A DNA stretch of 64,000 bases from Slackia sp. (GCA_020725885.1 DYEA01000008.1:72119-136118); one strand, 5' to 3'. Shown: positions 1 through 9,162, counted from the first letter of the stretch. Made by a program: numbers and translations. The notes: generated by a model from the sequence alone, not told the origin.

Positions 1-54
1 TGAAAACCGTTGACCCGCAAGGGTCCGTGGGTTCGAATCCCACCCCCTCCGCCA
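1..54 (+). tRNA. tRNA-Ser(TGA), 3' portion only; the 5' end lies outside the window
   Basis: The sequence tgaaaacc-[long variable-arm hairpin gacccgcaagggtc]-cgtgggttcgaatcccac-cccctccgcca matches the anticodon loop, type-II variable arm, T-arm and CCA end of bacterial tRNA-Ser(UGA). Confidence 0.6.
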
Positions 55-117
55 GCGACTCGACCCTTCCGCCGCACCCGTCGCTCGCCCCGCTCGCCCA
101 GCACGTCCGGGCTCGTG

Positions 118-153
118 CGTGCGCGTGCGCGCCCCGGCCGCTGTGTGTATAAT
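118..153 (+). promoter_or_regulatory. Putative sigma70-type promoter for the tRNA-Ser(GCT)/tRNA-Arg transcript; -10 TATAAT at 148-153
   Basis: A TATAAT hexamer lies about 25 nt upstream of the tRNA 5' end in an otherwise GC-rich spacer. No clear -35 element was found. Confidence 0.3.
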
Positions 154-178
154 CGCTTGCGCGCCTTCGGGCGCTCGC

Positions 179-272
179 GGAGAGTTGGCCGAGTCGGTCG
201 AAGGCGCTCGCCTGCTAAGCGAGTAGAGGGCTATAAGCTCTCTCGAGGGTTCGAATCCCTCACTCTCCGCCA
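179..272 (+). tRNA. tRNA-Ser(GCT)
   Basis: ggagagttggccgagtcggtcgaaggcg forms the acceptor and D arm. The anticodon loop ct-GCT-aa is followed by a long variable arm, then ggttcgaatcc T-loop and CCA. Length 94 nt, type II. Confidence 0.9.
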
Positions 273-347
273 GTTGACATCCCACGCTGCCTCCAGCCGA
301 TTGACAAGGCGCGCGGCGGGTGGCAGGATACCTAAGCCTTCGGGCAC

Positions 348-424
348 GCGGCCTTAGCTCAGTCGGATAGAGCGTGTGACTACGAATCACAAGGTCGGGG
401 GTTCGAATCCCTCAGGCCGCGCCA
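348..424 (+). tRNA. tRNA-Arg(ACG)
   Basis: The 7-bp acceptor stem gcggcct/aggccgc is followed by the D-arm agctcagtcggatagagc, the anticodon loop ct-ACG-aa, the T-loop ggttcgaatcc, and discriminator g plus CCA. Length 77 nt. Confidence 0.9.
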
Positions 425-509
425 CGGGAACCGAGCGGCTCCGCCACGAACCGGCGGAGCCGCTTTTGCGTCTGAGCATACGGACACGCCCTTGAGGAAG
501 GAGGCCGTC

Positions 510-1235
510 ATGCTCAGGACGAGACCGGCTGTGCTCGCGTCGCTCCTGCTGGTCGCCGCCGTCATGCTCGCCGGCTGCCAGACGAGAGTCGTGACGACGC
601 CGGGCGAACAGCCCGCCAACACCGTGTCGGCGCGCGGCACCGGCACCGTCGCGACAGCGCCCGACCAGGCCGAGATGACGTTCGGGCTGACCATCCAGCG
701 GAACGACGCCAGAAAGGCGCTCGAGGACGCCTCGGCGATCGCGCGCAAGATCGCCGAAGCCATCAAGAAGGCCGGCATCCCCGCCGAGGACGTCCAGACA
801 CAGAACGTGTCGGTGTATCCGCAGTACTCGGGCGGCGACAAGGGCACGGCTCCTAAGGTGGTGGGCTACAGCGCCAACATCTCCGTCCGCGTCAAGATCC
901 GCGACATCGAGCGCATCGGCGCAGTGATCGCGGCTGCGACGGACGCGGGGGCCACCGAGGTCTCCGGACCCACGTTCACGCTGTCGGAGGACGCGCCGGC
1001 GGCCGCCGAGGCGATCGACGAGGCCGTGGCCGACGCCCGCAGGCGAGCTCAGGCGATGGCGAAGTCCGCCGGCAAGAGCGTCGGCGATGTGCTGAGCATC
1101 TCCGAGGCCGGCGTGGCCGCGCCGCCGCTCTACGCGGGAGACGCATACGGCCGGGTGGCGGCAGCCGACGTCCCGATCGAGCCGGGACAGATCGACGTGT
1201 CGGCCCAAGTCGTCGTGGTGTTCGAGCTGAAGTGA
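510..1235 (+). CDS. SIMPL-domain (DUF541/YggE-like) lipoprotein
   Basis: ATG at 510 has a GGAGG RBS 6 nt upstream, in frame with track ORF 492-1235. The N-terminus has a signal peptide plus lipobox (LAGC). The remainder resembles the 26 kDa periplasmic immunogenic protein / SIMPL family. Confidence 0.8.
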   Translation: MLRTRPAVLASLLLVAAVMLAGCQTRVVTTPGEQPANTVSARGTGTVATAPDQAEMTFGLTIQRNDARKALEDASAIARKIAEAIKKAGIPAEDVQTQNVSVYPQYSGGDKGTAPKVVGYSANISVRVKIRDIERIGAVIAAATDAGATEVSGPTFTLSEDAPAAAEAIDEAVADARRRAQAMAKSAGKSVGDVLSISEAGVAAPPLYAGDAYGRVAAADVPIEPGQIDVSAQVVVVFELK

Positions 1236-1348
1236 CGCGGGCGGCCACGATGCCCGGGCCGCATGCCGGATCCGTGCCAGCGGTCCGCCGCCTTCGCCGC
1301 TAGCCGCGTCCCGCGCCGCTGCGCTACCATCGCGGCGGGGGTGGTGGG

Positions 1349-1825
1349 ATGCGCACGGTCATCGGCGTGATGGGATCCGGGCACCCGCTGGATGCGGCCA
1401 GCGAGGCGCGCGCCCGCGCCCTCGGGCGACTGATCGCCGAAGCGGGGTTCGTGCTGCTCACCGGCGGTCGCGCCGCAGGTGTCATGGAGGCGTGCTCTGC
1501 AGGCGCTAAGGAAGCCGGCGGCCTGGTCGTCGGCGTGCTGCCAGATACCGACGCAGCCTCCGCGAGCCGGCACCTCGACGTCGCGATCCGCACCGGCATG
1601 GGCGACGCGCGCAACGTGATCAACGTGCTGTCGAGCGACGTGGTGATCGCCTTGCCGGGCGGCGCCGGCACGCTGTCTGAGGTCGCGCACGCGCTGAAAG
1701 CCGGCAAGCCGGTGATCGTGCTCGGGTGGGACCCCGGACCCGCGCTCCGCGCGGCGGGCCGCGTCCTCGACGCCGCCTCGCCCGAAGAGGCGCTCGCGCT
1801 CGCGCGAGAGGTGCTCGGACGATGA
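1349..1825 (+). CDS. LOG-family / TIGR00725 Rossmann-fold nucleotide-binding protein
   Basis: The motif LPGGAGTLSE (PGGxGTxxE) and GxGxxG-like N-terminus VIGVMGSGHP match the LOG/TIGR00725 family. ATG 1349 follows a G-rich RBS. Confidence 0.75.
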   Translation: MRTVIGVMGSGHPLDAASEARARALGRLIAEAGFVLLTGGRAAGVMEACSAGAKEAGGLVVGVLPDTDAASASRHLDVAIRTGMGDARNVINVLSSDVVIALPGGAGTLSEVAHALKAGKPVIVLGWDPGPALRAAGRVLDAASPEEALALAREVLGR

Positions 1826-2643
1826 GCCGCCTGTCGTCGGCTGTCGTTGTCGTGACAGGTTCGACGCGCGGGATCGGACGCGCCATCGCGCAGGGATGCG
1901 CCGAGCGCGGCGCCACCGTCGTGCTCTCGTCGCGGGGCGACGAAGCGGTCCGGCGGGCGGTGCACGAGTTCGCGTCGTCCGGCTGGCGCGCATCGGGCGT
2001 CGCGTGCGACGTCTCGAGACACGCAGACGTGGAGGCGCTGTTCGAGCACGCGCTCGACTACCACGGCCGCATCGACGTCTGGGTCAACAACGCCGGCCTG
2101 TCCGCGGGCTACCGCCACCTCGACGAGGTGCCGCCAGAGGAGCTCGAAGCGATCGTCGGCACGAACCTGCTCGGCACGATGTACGGGTGCCAGCTGCTCG
2201 TCCCCTACTTCCGCGAGCACGGCGGGGTTCTGCTCAACGTCGGTGGGCGGGGCTTCCGTGGCGACGCGACGCCGCACACCGCGGCGTACGCCGCGACCAA
2301 GGCAGCGGTGGCGAGCATCACCCGCAGCGTTGCGGCGGAGAACCGCGACGCGCCCGGACTGCACGTCCACATGCTCGTGCCGGGGATGGTGCCGACTGGC
2401 TTCTACGAAGACATCGCCGTGAGCCCACGGCTCGAACACCGCAGGCACGCGGTCGGTCGTGCGCTGCAGGCGTTCGGGGTCTCGCTCGACGAAGTGGCCG
2501 AAAAGACCGCTGCGCTGCTCGACGGCCCAGCATGGCGCGGCACTGGCCGGACCTTCTCTCTGCTTCCGCGCCACCGGGTGCTCTCAGGGATCGTCCGCAT
2601 GACGCTCGCTGGCGGCACGCCCGGTGGAAAGGGGACCCGATGA
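1822..2643 (+). CDS. Short-chain dehydrogenase/reductase (SDR) family oxidoreductase
   Basis: TGSTRGIGRAIA glycine-rich NAD(P) motif plus the NNAG and YAATKAA (YxxxK) catalytic motifs. The ATG at 1822 overlaps the upstream stop by 4 nt (ATGA). Confidence 0.9.
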   Translation: MSRLSSAVVVVTGSTRGIGRAIAQGCAERGATVVLSSRGDEAVRRAVHEFASSGWRASGVACDVSRHADVEALFEHALDYHGRIDVWVNNAGLSAGYRHLDEVPPEELEAIVGTNLLGTMYGCQLLVPYFREHGGVLLNVGGRGFRGDATPHTAAYAATKAAVASITRSVAAENRDAPGLHVHMLVPGMVPTGFYEDIAVSPRLEHRRHAVGRALQAFGVSLDEVAEKTAALLDGPAWRGTGRTFSLLPRHRVLSGIVRMTLAGGTPGGKGTR

Positions 2644-4300
2644 CCGGCCGGCACGCGAGGCCGCGGCCTCGACACGGCAGGCGCCACGCGACGCCGCCGG
2701 TGATCGACCGGACGCTGCCGGCGGTCGGTCCCGGCGCAAGCACGCGCCGCAACCGCACCCGCTATGCCTCCACGCGCGCACGCCGCCCGCGACGCATCCA
2801 GCCCGGGCGAGCGCTCGCCTTGCTGCTCGGCGCTGGCGTCCTCGTGGCGCTGGCTGCGTTCCTCCTCACCCGTCCCGCGGCGATCGTCGTCAAAGCGCAG
2901 CCCGCGGACGCCGTCATCACGCTCGACGGCTCGGTATCCGCCACCGGCACCCTCGAAGTCCGCGAGGTCGAGCCGGGACCCCACACGATCCGCATCGAGC
3001 GCAAGGGGTTCGAGCCCGTCGAGCGCACCGTCACGGCCAAGCGTATGCGCACCACCCGCGTGCGGGAGACGCTGCGGCCGCAACTCCTCGAGATCGCCGT
3101 GCGCACCGAGCCCGCCGGCGCCACGCTCGTCGTGGCCTGCTCGGATGGGAGCCGGATCGAGACGCTGACGCCCTGCGCCGTGCGCCGGCCGGCAAGACGA
3201 CGATCCGCCTCTCGATGGCTGGCCGAAACGACTTCGAGCGCGCGCTGTTCCTCGACGAACCGCTGTCCTTCGCGTACATCCTCGACCCGAAAGGCCAGCT
3301 CCTCCACGGCCTCGGCACGATCGCGACCGCAGGCGCGCCGAAGGGCGTCTCGATCACCCCCGACGGCAGCGAGGTCTGGACGAGCATCCTGAACGGCCCG
3401 CCCTCGATCGAGATCTTCGAGCCGCGCTCCGGCAAGCGCATCGGGGAGATCGACTTGGGCGAGCACGGCGCCGTCGAGGTCATCTTCAACCGCGCAGGCA
3501 CGCTCGCGTACACGTCGCAGATGGAGACCGCGCTGTGCTTCGAGATCGACGTGAAGACGCGCAAGGTGCTCCGAACGTTCGACACCGAAAGCGCGTGGAC
3601 GAAGTGGGTGGAGCTGTCTCCTGACGAGAAGACGCTCTATGCAAGCAACTGGTCGGGCGACGACGTGTCGGTCATCGACCTCACGACCGGCAAGCTCGTC
3701 CGGCGGATCCGCGTGTCGAACACCCCGCGCGGCATGTACGCGACAGCCGACGGCAAGACGCTGTACGTCGGCGGCTTCGACAGCGGCCAGCTTGACCGGA
3801 TCGACCTCGAAACCGGCAAAGTCACGGTCGCGTTCAAGGGCGGCAAGGCGCTTCGCCACCTCGTGGGGGACGAGCGCACAGGACGGCTGTACATGTCGGA
3901 CATGGGCGCTGACTGCGTGTGGGTGCACGACATGCGCTCAGGTACGACGAAGAAGCTCGTCGACACCGACAAGAAGCCGAACACGATCGTGCTCTCGCCC
4001 GACGGCCGGGCGCTGTTCGTGAGCTGCCGCGGCGAGAACAACCCGAGGTCGTACTACCTGCCAGGCCCCGAGTGGGGCTCGATCCTGGTGTTCGACGCGC
4101 TGTCCGGCAAGCCGCTCGACGCCGTCGTGTGCGGCAACCAGCCGACCGCGCTCGACATCAGCGCCGACGGCCGGCTGCTCGTGTCGAGCGACTTCCTCGA
4201 CAACCGCCTGCGCGTGTATGAGGTGCCGCCGTACGAGACGCTCGCCGCGGGCGGCGGCGGGCGCTACCAGGCGCACTTCGCCGAGATCAAGAAGCGGTGA
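2640..4300 (+). CDS. Membrane-anchored PEGA-domain plus 7-bladed beta-propeller (YVTN/lactonase-like) protein. An apparent 1-nt frameshift near 3183-3190 splits it between two reading frames.
   Basis: ATG 2640 overlaps the SDR stop. The N-terminal part has an Arg-rich tail, a TM helix (ALALLLGAGVLVALAAFLL) and a PEGA domain (VITLDGSVSATGTLEVREVEPGPHTIRIERKGFEP), all in frame 0. A second PEGA domain is interrupted at TLTPCAV|AGKTTIRLSMAGRNDFERALFLD. It continues in the -1 frame through a long beta-propeller (YASNWSGDDVSVIDLTTG..., TLYVGGFDSGQLDRIDL...) to stop 4300. Confidence 0.6.
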
Positions 4301-4410
4301 CCGGCAGGCTGTCGCGACCTCGGATGGCAACCGCTGCCATTGCAGAGGACACGCCCGCATGGCATTATCGTTATTGCAATCACGGAGTTTCGTCGAACGG
4401 CTTTCCTTAT

Positions 4411-4614
4411 ATGAACGCTTGTCCGCACATCGGCACCTGCTACTTGACGTCTGACGAAGCCGGGTACTCCCCGGAGTTCGCACGTATCGTGCGCTCCAGG
4501 TACTGCCGGAGTGAATACGACGCTTGTGCTCGGTACCGCTTCGCCCGGGTTCTCGGCGACCCGTCGCGCGTCCCCGAGAACCTGCTTCCGACCGAAGGCT
4601 CCATCGCCTGTTAG
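4411..4614 (+). CDS. Small Cys-rich hypothetical protein (67 aa)
   Basis: ATG 4411 follows a lower-GC spacer (cattatcgttattgcaatcacgg) with the palindrome ATTGCAAT. The product MNACPHIGTCYLTSDEAGYSPEFARIVRSRYCRSEYDACARY has four Cys residues. No confident family assignment. Confidence 0.4.
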   Translation: MNACPHIGTCYLTSDEAGYSPEFARIVRSRYCRSEYDACARYRFARVLGDPSRVPENLLPTEGSIAC

Positions 4615-6977
4615 CGACCCTGCGCCGAGTGGCCGCCGAACCTGTTCCGCAACGCCGAGAGCACCTTCCCTGCATACGACGGCCGTTCCGCCGATCGCTT
4701 GCGGAACTCCAGCGACGCTTCGATGACAGGCGCGTCGACGCCGAACGCGCGCGCAGCCAGGACCGTCCACTCCCCCTCGCCCGTGTGCCCGACGACCGGT
4801 GACACCTCGGCCAAGTCCGAGCCGAACACCTCGTACGCCTCGCGCAGCCACCCGACGAGCCGCGATTCGATGACGCTTCGCCGGTTGTAGACCTCGGCCG
4901 CTGCCGGAAGGTCGATACCGAGCGGAGACTCTCTGAGCACCGAGAAGCCCTCGGCGATGGCCTGCATCATGCCGTACTCGATGCCGTTGTGGACCATTTT
5001 GACGAAGTGCCCGCCGCCGTGGCCTTCGAAGAATCGATAGGCGTCCCGCGCGGCCACGTCGCGCCACAGCGGCTCCAGGCGCTCGAAGTCGGCCCGGTCG
5101 CCGCCGACCATGAGACACGCGCCGGCCCGCGCGCCTGCAGGGCCGCCCGAGGTCCCGACGTCGACGAACCGGATGCCGCGCTCGGCCAACGCCCTGGCCC
5201 TGCGCTCGGCGTCCCTGAAGTACGAGTTGCCGCCGTCGATGACGGTGTCGCCCTCCTCGAGCAGACCGGCCAGCCCCTCCTCGCCGAACAGCGCCTGCTC
5301 CGTCGCATCGCCCGCCGGCAGCATCAGCCACACCACGCGCGGCGGCGGCAGGAACGCCACGAGGTCGGCGAGCGTCCGGGCGGGAAGCAGCCCGTCGCCC
5401 GCCATCTGCTCGGCCACCGCATACGTGCGGTTGTAACCGACCACCTGCCACCCGTGGTCGAGCAGGTTGCGCGCGAGCGCCGCGCCCATCTTGCCAAGCC
5501 CGACCACCCCGATGCGCTTCGGAGCCGCATCTGCAGCGTCGAGCCGCGCGAGCGCGCGCTTTCGTACCTCGTCGGTGTCCGGCTCGTACGCCTCGAGCGG
5601 AACCGCGCCGGTCTTCCATACCCCGAGCCACGGGTCGATGAAGCGCCACATCTCGCGCACCTCGTCAGTGCTCACGAACAGCGTCTGGTCGCCTTCGATC
5701 GCGTCAAGCAGCAGCGTGGCGTACTCCTCGACGTACTGCACCCGCTCCTGGCGCTCGTACAGGAAGAACGTGAACTCGCGCTTCTCCAGCTCGTGCTCGA
5801 AACCGGGCTTCTTCGCCCAGAACTCGATGCGGATGGACTCGGTCGGCTCCAGCTGGAAGATCACGCGGTTCTCGTACGGACCGGGTCGGTCGGTGTCGCA
5901 CAGACACGCGTCCGGGGCACGGAACGTCACCGCGATCTGCTTGAGCGGAGGACCCATGCGTTTGCCAGACTCCATCGTCACCGGCACGCCGCCCCACCGC
6001 GGACCGGCAAGGTTGAACCGCAGCGCGAAGTACGTCTCGGTGTCCGAGTCTGGCGCAACGCCAGGAATCGCCCGGTATCCTCCATACTGCGCGCGGAACG
6101 AGCGGGCCGCTATCTCCGCCGGGCTCGGCGGACGCAGCGTCGACAGGAACCGGGCCCGCTGCTCCCGGATCGCCGCCGCCGACAGGTCGCGCGGCCTGTC
6201 CATCGCGACGAGCGCGAGCATCTGGAGCAGGTGGTTCTGACCGACGTCGCGAAGCGCTCCGACGCCGTCGTAGAACGCCCCGCGGCGCTCCACGCCGATC
6301 GATTCGAGCAGCGTGACGTCGATCCGCTCGATGGAGCCGGCGTCCCACGAGGGCTCCATGAGGGTGTTTGCGAAACGGAAGCTCAAGATGCCCTGCAGCA
6401 TCTCCTTCGCGAGGTAGTGATCGATGCGGTAGATCTGTTCCTCGGCGAAGAGCGACCCGAGCACCTCATCGAGCTCTTGCGCGCTCGCCCCGTCCTTGCC
6501 GAAGGGCTTCTCGACGAGCACGCGCGTGCACGGGCCGGCGTCGCCGCACGAGGTGGCGAGCCCGCTTGAAGCCAGGCGCTCGAAGATCGTGCGGTAGTGC
6601 TCCGGCGGCACGGCGAGGTAGAACAGCCGGTTGCAGCCACCTTCCCAGCCGCTGGAGACCGCGCGGATGTCGTCCGCCAGCGCCTCGTAGGCCGCCGCAT
6701 CATCAAACGTCCCGCGCCGGTACGAGAAGCGCTCCACGAATGCGTCGCGCGCAGCGCCTGTCGGCGCCGCGCCGGGATACGCATCGAGCACGGACCGCAC
6801 GTGAGCGCGGAAGTCCTCGTCCGACCAGTCGCGACGCGAGAAGCCGATGACCCGGAAGCGGTCCGGGAGCTTGCCGTTGACGCTCAGGTACGCGAGCGAC
6901 GGGACGATCTTGCGAGCCATCAGGTCGCCCGTCGCACCGAACACGACGAGGGTAGTGGGAGCTAAAGCGCGGTCCAT
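4611..6977 (-). CDS. zwf: Bifunctional fusion: glucose-6-phosphate 1-dehydrogenase (N-terminal ~470 aa) fused to short-form 6-phosphogluconate dehydrogenase (C-terminal ~310 aa)
   Basis: The N-terminal domain carries GATGDLMARKIVPSL and RIDHYLAKEMLQ (the RIDHYLGKE signature) of G6PD. The C-terminal domain carries IGVVGLGKMGAALARNL (Rossmann) and GHFVKMVHNGIEYGMMQAIAEGF of 6PGDH (Gnd/YqeC type). The 788-codon frame is uninterrupted, with RBS GGAAGGAG upstream. Confidence 0.9.
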   Translation of the reverse strand: MDRALAPTTLVVFGATGDLMARKIVPSLAYLSVNGKLPDRFRVIGFSRRDWSDEDFRAHVRSVLDAYPGAAPTGAARDAFVERFSYRRGTFDDAAAYEALADDIRAVSSGWEGGCNRLFYLAVPPEHYRTIFERLASSGLATSCGDAGPCTRVLVEKPFGKDGASAQELDEVLGSLFAEEQIYRIDHYLAKEMLQGILSFRFANTLMEPSWDAGSIERIDVTLLESIGVERRGAFYDGVGALRDVGQNHLLQMLALVAMDRPRDLSAAAIREQRARFLSTLRPPSPAEIAARSFRAQYGGYRAIPGVAPDSDTETYFALRFNLAGPRWGGVPVTMESGKRMGPPLKQIAVTFRAPDACLCDTDRPGPYENRVIFQLEPTESIRIEFWAKKPGFEHELEKREFTFFLYERQERVQYVEEYATLLLDAIEGDQTLFVSTDEVREMWRFIDPWLGVWKTGAVPLEAYEPDTDEVRKRALARLDAADAAPKRIGVVGLGKMGAALARNLLDHGWQVVGYNRTYAVAEQMAGDGLLPARTLADLVAFLPPPRVVWLMLPAGDATEQALFGEEGLAGLLEEGDTVIDGGNSYFRDAERRARALAERGIRFVDVGTSGGPAGARAGACLMVGGDRADFERLEPLWRDVAARDAYRFFEGHGGGHFVKMVHNGIEYGMMQAIAEGFSVLRESPLGIDLPAAAEVYNRRSVIESRLVGWLREAYEVFGSDLAEVSPVVGHTGEGEWTVLAARAFGVDAPVIEASLEFRKRSAERPSYAGKVLSALRNRFGGHSAQGR

Positions 6978-7078
6978 CGTTCTCCTTCCATGCAGGCACG
7001 CGGGAAGTGGTACCCGCGCGCTCGCCCGCTCAATCAGCGCAGCGGTGCGCGCCTACGGAGAGGGGGTACACTGTCTAC

Positions 7079-7819
7079 ATGGCACACTCGACAGCCATCG
7101 CCGAGATCGCCGGCCGCGACAGCGTCGCGGCGGCGGTGGTCGCCGTGCGCGAGCACGGGTTCACGACGATCGTCCCCACGATCGGATTCACCGGCACGGA
7201 GACCGGCGACCGAGAAGCCCCGTACCGTGCCGTGAGCCGTCTCCGGAACCTGCTCGCAGAAGAAGCGGCGGTGCTTGACCCGGTGCCGCTGTCGGACCCT
7301 GCGCTCTGGTCGGCGATGAACGCGGCGCCGATGGCAGAGGTGCTCAGACGCTACGGGGTCTGCTCGCCCTGCCTCGCGTGCCACCTGTACCTGCACCTGC
7401 TCCGGGTCCCGCTCGCCTGGTCGCACGGCAACGCACCGGTCATCTCAGGCGAGCGCGATTCGCATGATGGCCGCATCAAGCTCTCGCAGACGTCGCACAG
7501 CATCGATGCCGCCACGCGCGTGCTCGCGTACGCGGGAATCCGGCTGCTCGCGCCGATCCGCTCGATGGGCGGGACGGAGATAGCAGCCATAGTGGGATCC
7601 GAGTGGCGCCAAGGCGAGCAGCAGATGGGCTGCCAGCTGTCGGGCAACTACCTCGCGCTGGACGGCAGCGTGCAGTACGACGAGACCGGCTACGAACGCT
7701 ACCTGCGCGAGTTCTTCGAACCCGTCGGCCGCGCCGTCGTCGACGCGTACCGGGCGGAGCGCGACGGCGGCAGCGCCAGCGACTTCGCCGCAGTGGTGGG
7801 GTCGGTGCTCGCGCGGTGA
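7079..7819 (+). CDS. Hypothetical protein with PP-loop-like motifs (AGRDS / SGERDS) and a CSPCLACH Cys cluster
   Basis: ATG 7079 is in frame with track ORF 7007-7819 and follows GGAGAGGGGG. The motifs weakly resemble the adenine-nucleotide alpha-hydrolase (PP-loop) superfamily. The specific function was not recognised. Confidence 0.5.
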   Translation: MAHSTAIAEIAGRDSVAAAVVAVREHGFTTIVPTIGFTGTETGDREAPYRAVSRLRNLLAEEAAVLDPVPLSDPALWSAMNAAPMAEVLRRYGVCSPCLACHLYLHLLRVPLAWSHGNAPVISGERDSHDGRIKLSQTSHSIDAATRVLAYAGIRLLAPIRSMGGTEIAAIVGSEWRQGEQQMGCQLSGNYLALDGSVQYDETGYERYLREFFEPVGRAVVDAYRAERDGGSASDFAAVVGSVLAR

Positions 7820-7847
7820 GGACCTGGCGGCAGACCGGAGGCCGCTC

Positions 7848-9158
7848 GTGCTAAGACCTGGCGCTTCATCGCTCCCCGTCGTCATGGTCGTCCTCGACGG
7901 CCTCGGGGACCGTCGGCACGCCGTGCTCGACAACCGCACGCCCGTCGAAGCCGCGCACACCCCGAACCTCGACGCGCTCGCTCGGCGTGGGCGGTCCGGC
8001 GTTCTGTACCCGCTTGCGCCCGGCCTTGCCCCGAGCTCCCACCAGGCGCACTTCGCGCTGTTCGGCTACGACCTCGAGCGCTTCCCCGGCCGCGGGCTTC
8101 TCGAAGCGCTCGGCGAAGGCGTGCCGCCTAAGCCTGGCGAGGTCGTCGTCCGGGCCAGCTTCGCGAAGGTCACGGAGCGGGACGACGCGTACTGGATCGT
8201 CGAACGGCCGGATCCGCGCTCCGGCGAGATCGACCTCTCAGGCCTCGACTTGGATGCCTCTCTCCACGGCGCACGCGCCAGCTTCGTCTACACGGGCGGC
8301 CTGCAGGGGCTGCTGTTCCTGCGGAGCGAGGGCGGCGCGCCGTTGTCGCACTTCGTGAGCGACGCCGACCCGCTGGAAGCGGACGCGCCTGTGCTCGAGG
8401 TTCTGCCGCTCGAAGAAGCGCCGGATGCTGACGCAGCCGCTCGCACCGCCTCGGCGCTCAACGCCTGGATGCGGCACACAAGGCGCGTCCTCGCCGGACG
8501 CCCGCTCGACTTCGCGCTCGTGAAGTGGGCCGGCGAGCGCTGCGACGTGACGCCGTTCGAGCAGCGCTACGGCCTTCGCGGCGTCTCGCTCGGGGCAGGG
8601 CCGCTGTACGCGGGGCTCGCCGCCGCCGTCGGGCTCGACCACATCGAGATCCCGATGCACCGCGATCCGTTCGAGGACGTCCGGGTGCGCACGGCCGAGA
8701 TGCTGCGGCTGCTCGACGACGGCTACGAGTTCGTCCACCTCCACACCAAGCACCCCGACCACGCCGGCCACACCAAAGATCCGCGCCACAAGGCCGACGT
8801 CATCGCCGAGATCGACCGCGCGCTCGAGCCGCTCGTCGAGCTGGCGGAGCGGGGCAGCGCCGTCGTCGTGGTGTGCGCCGACCACCAGACGCCGTCAGCG
8901 GGTCCGCTGTACCACGGCGGCGGCCCTGTCCCGCTCGTCATCGCAGGCGGAGCCGACGGACCCGACGCCGTCCACGTCTTCGGCGAGAGCGCGTGCGCGC
9001 ACGGCTGCCTCGGGACGCTCAGGGGCGCCGACGTCTTGCCGCTCGCGCTCGACGCCGCCGACCGCTCGGCGTTCCTGGCTGATCGCATGACGAGCCGCCT
9101 CGCGCTCGGCATGCAGCGTCAGGCGGCCCTCACGCCTCTTCGGTCAACGGAACGCTAG
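7848..9158 (+). CDS. apgM: Metalloenzyme-superfamily phosphoglycerate mutase, archaeal-type cofactor-independent (ApgM-like)
   Basis: VVMVVLDGLGDR ... TPNLDAL N-terminal motif and C-terminal His/Asp metal ligands (HLHTKHPDHAGH) match ApgM. GTG 7848 has a GGAGG 7 nt upstream. Alternative ATG start at 7884. Confidence 0.75.
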   Translation: MLRPGASSLPVVMVVLDGLGDRRHAVLDNRTPVEAAHTPNLDALARRGRSGVLYPLAPGLAPSSHQAHFALFGYDLERFPGRGLLEALGEGVPPKPGEVVVRASFAKVTERDDAYWIVERPDPRSGEIDLSGLDLDASLHGARASFVYTGGLQGLLFLRSEGGAPLSHFVSDADPLEADAPVLEVLPLEEAPDADAAARTASALNAWMRHTRRVLAGRPLDFALVKWAGERCDVTPFEQRYGLRGVSLGAGPLYAGLAAAVGLDHIEIPMHRDPFEDVRVRTAEMLRLLDDGYEFVHLHTKHPDHAGHTKDPRHKADVIAEIDRALEPLVELAERGSAVVVVCADHQTPSAGPLYHGGGPVPLVIAGGADGPDAVHVFGESACAHGCLGTLRGADVLPLALDAADRSAFLADRMTSRLALGMQRQAALTPLRSTER

Positions 9159-9162
9159 CGCC

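Noticed and set aside
10-847. Track ORFs 10-357 (+) and 380-847 (-) at the window start
   Set aside because: They overlap three tRNA genes (Ser, Ser, Arg) and the SIMPL gene, with no coding signal.
387-1993. Long minus-strand ORFs (387-1208, 1130-1993, 1324-2574) and other Arg/Ala/Gly-rich antisense or off-frame ORFs throughout the track. Examples: 2762-3928, 4264-5649, 4989-6569, 12448-14391, 14677-16281, 18281-20011, 31731-33320, 36869-38872, 38509-40704, 40765-42708, 42369-44768, 42955-44676, 45563-47887, 56289-57878, 57309-58277, 62021-63544.
   Set aside because: Their translations are low-complexity R/A/G/P-rich, which is typical of open alternative frames in ~70% GC DNA. Each overlaps a strongly supported gene with recognisable domains on the other strand or frame, and none has an RBS or motif support.
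7079-7819. Identification of the PP-loop-like ORF as LarE
   Set aside because: It lacks the VAFSGGxDS loop context and the LarE C-terminal Cys motif, and it is 12 kb away from larBC on a different transcription unit.
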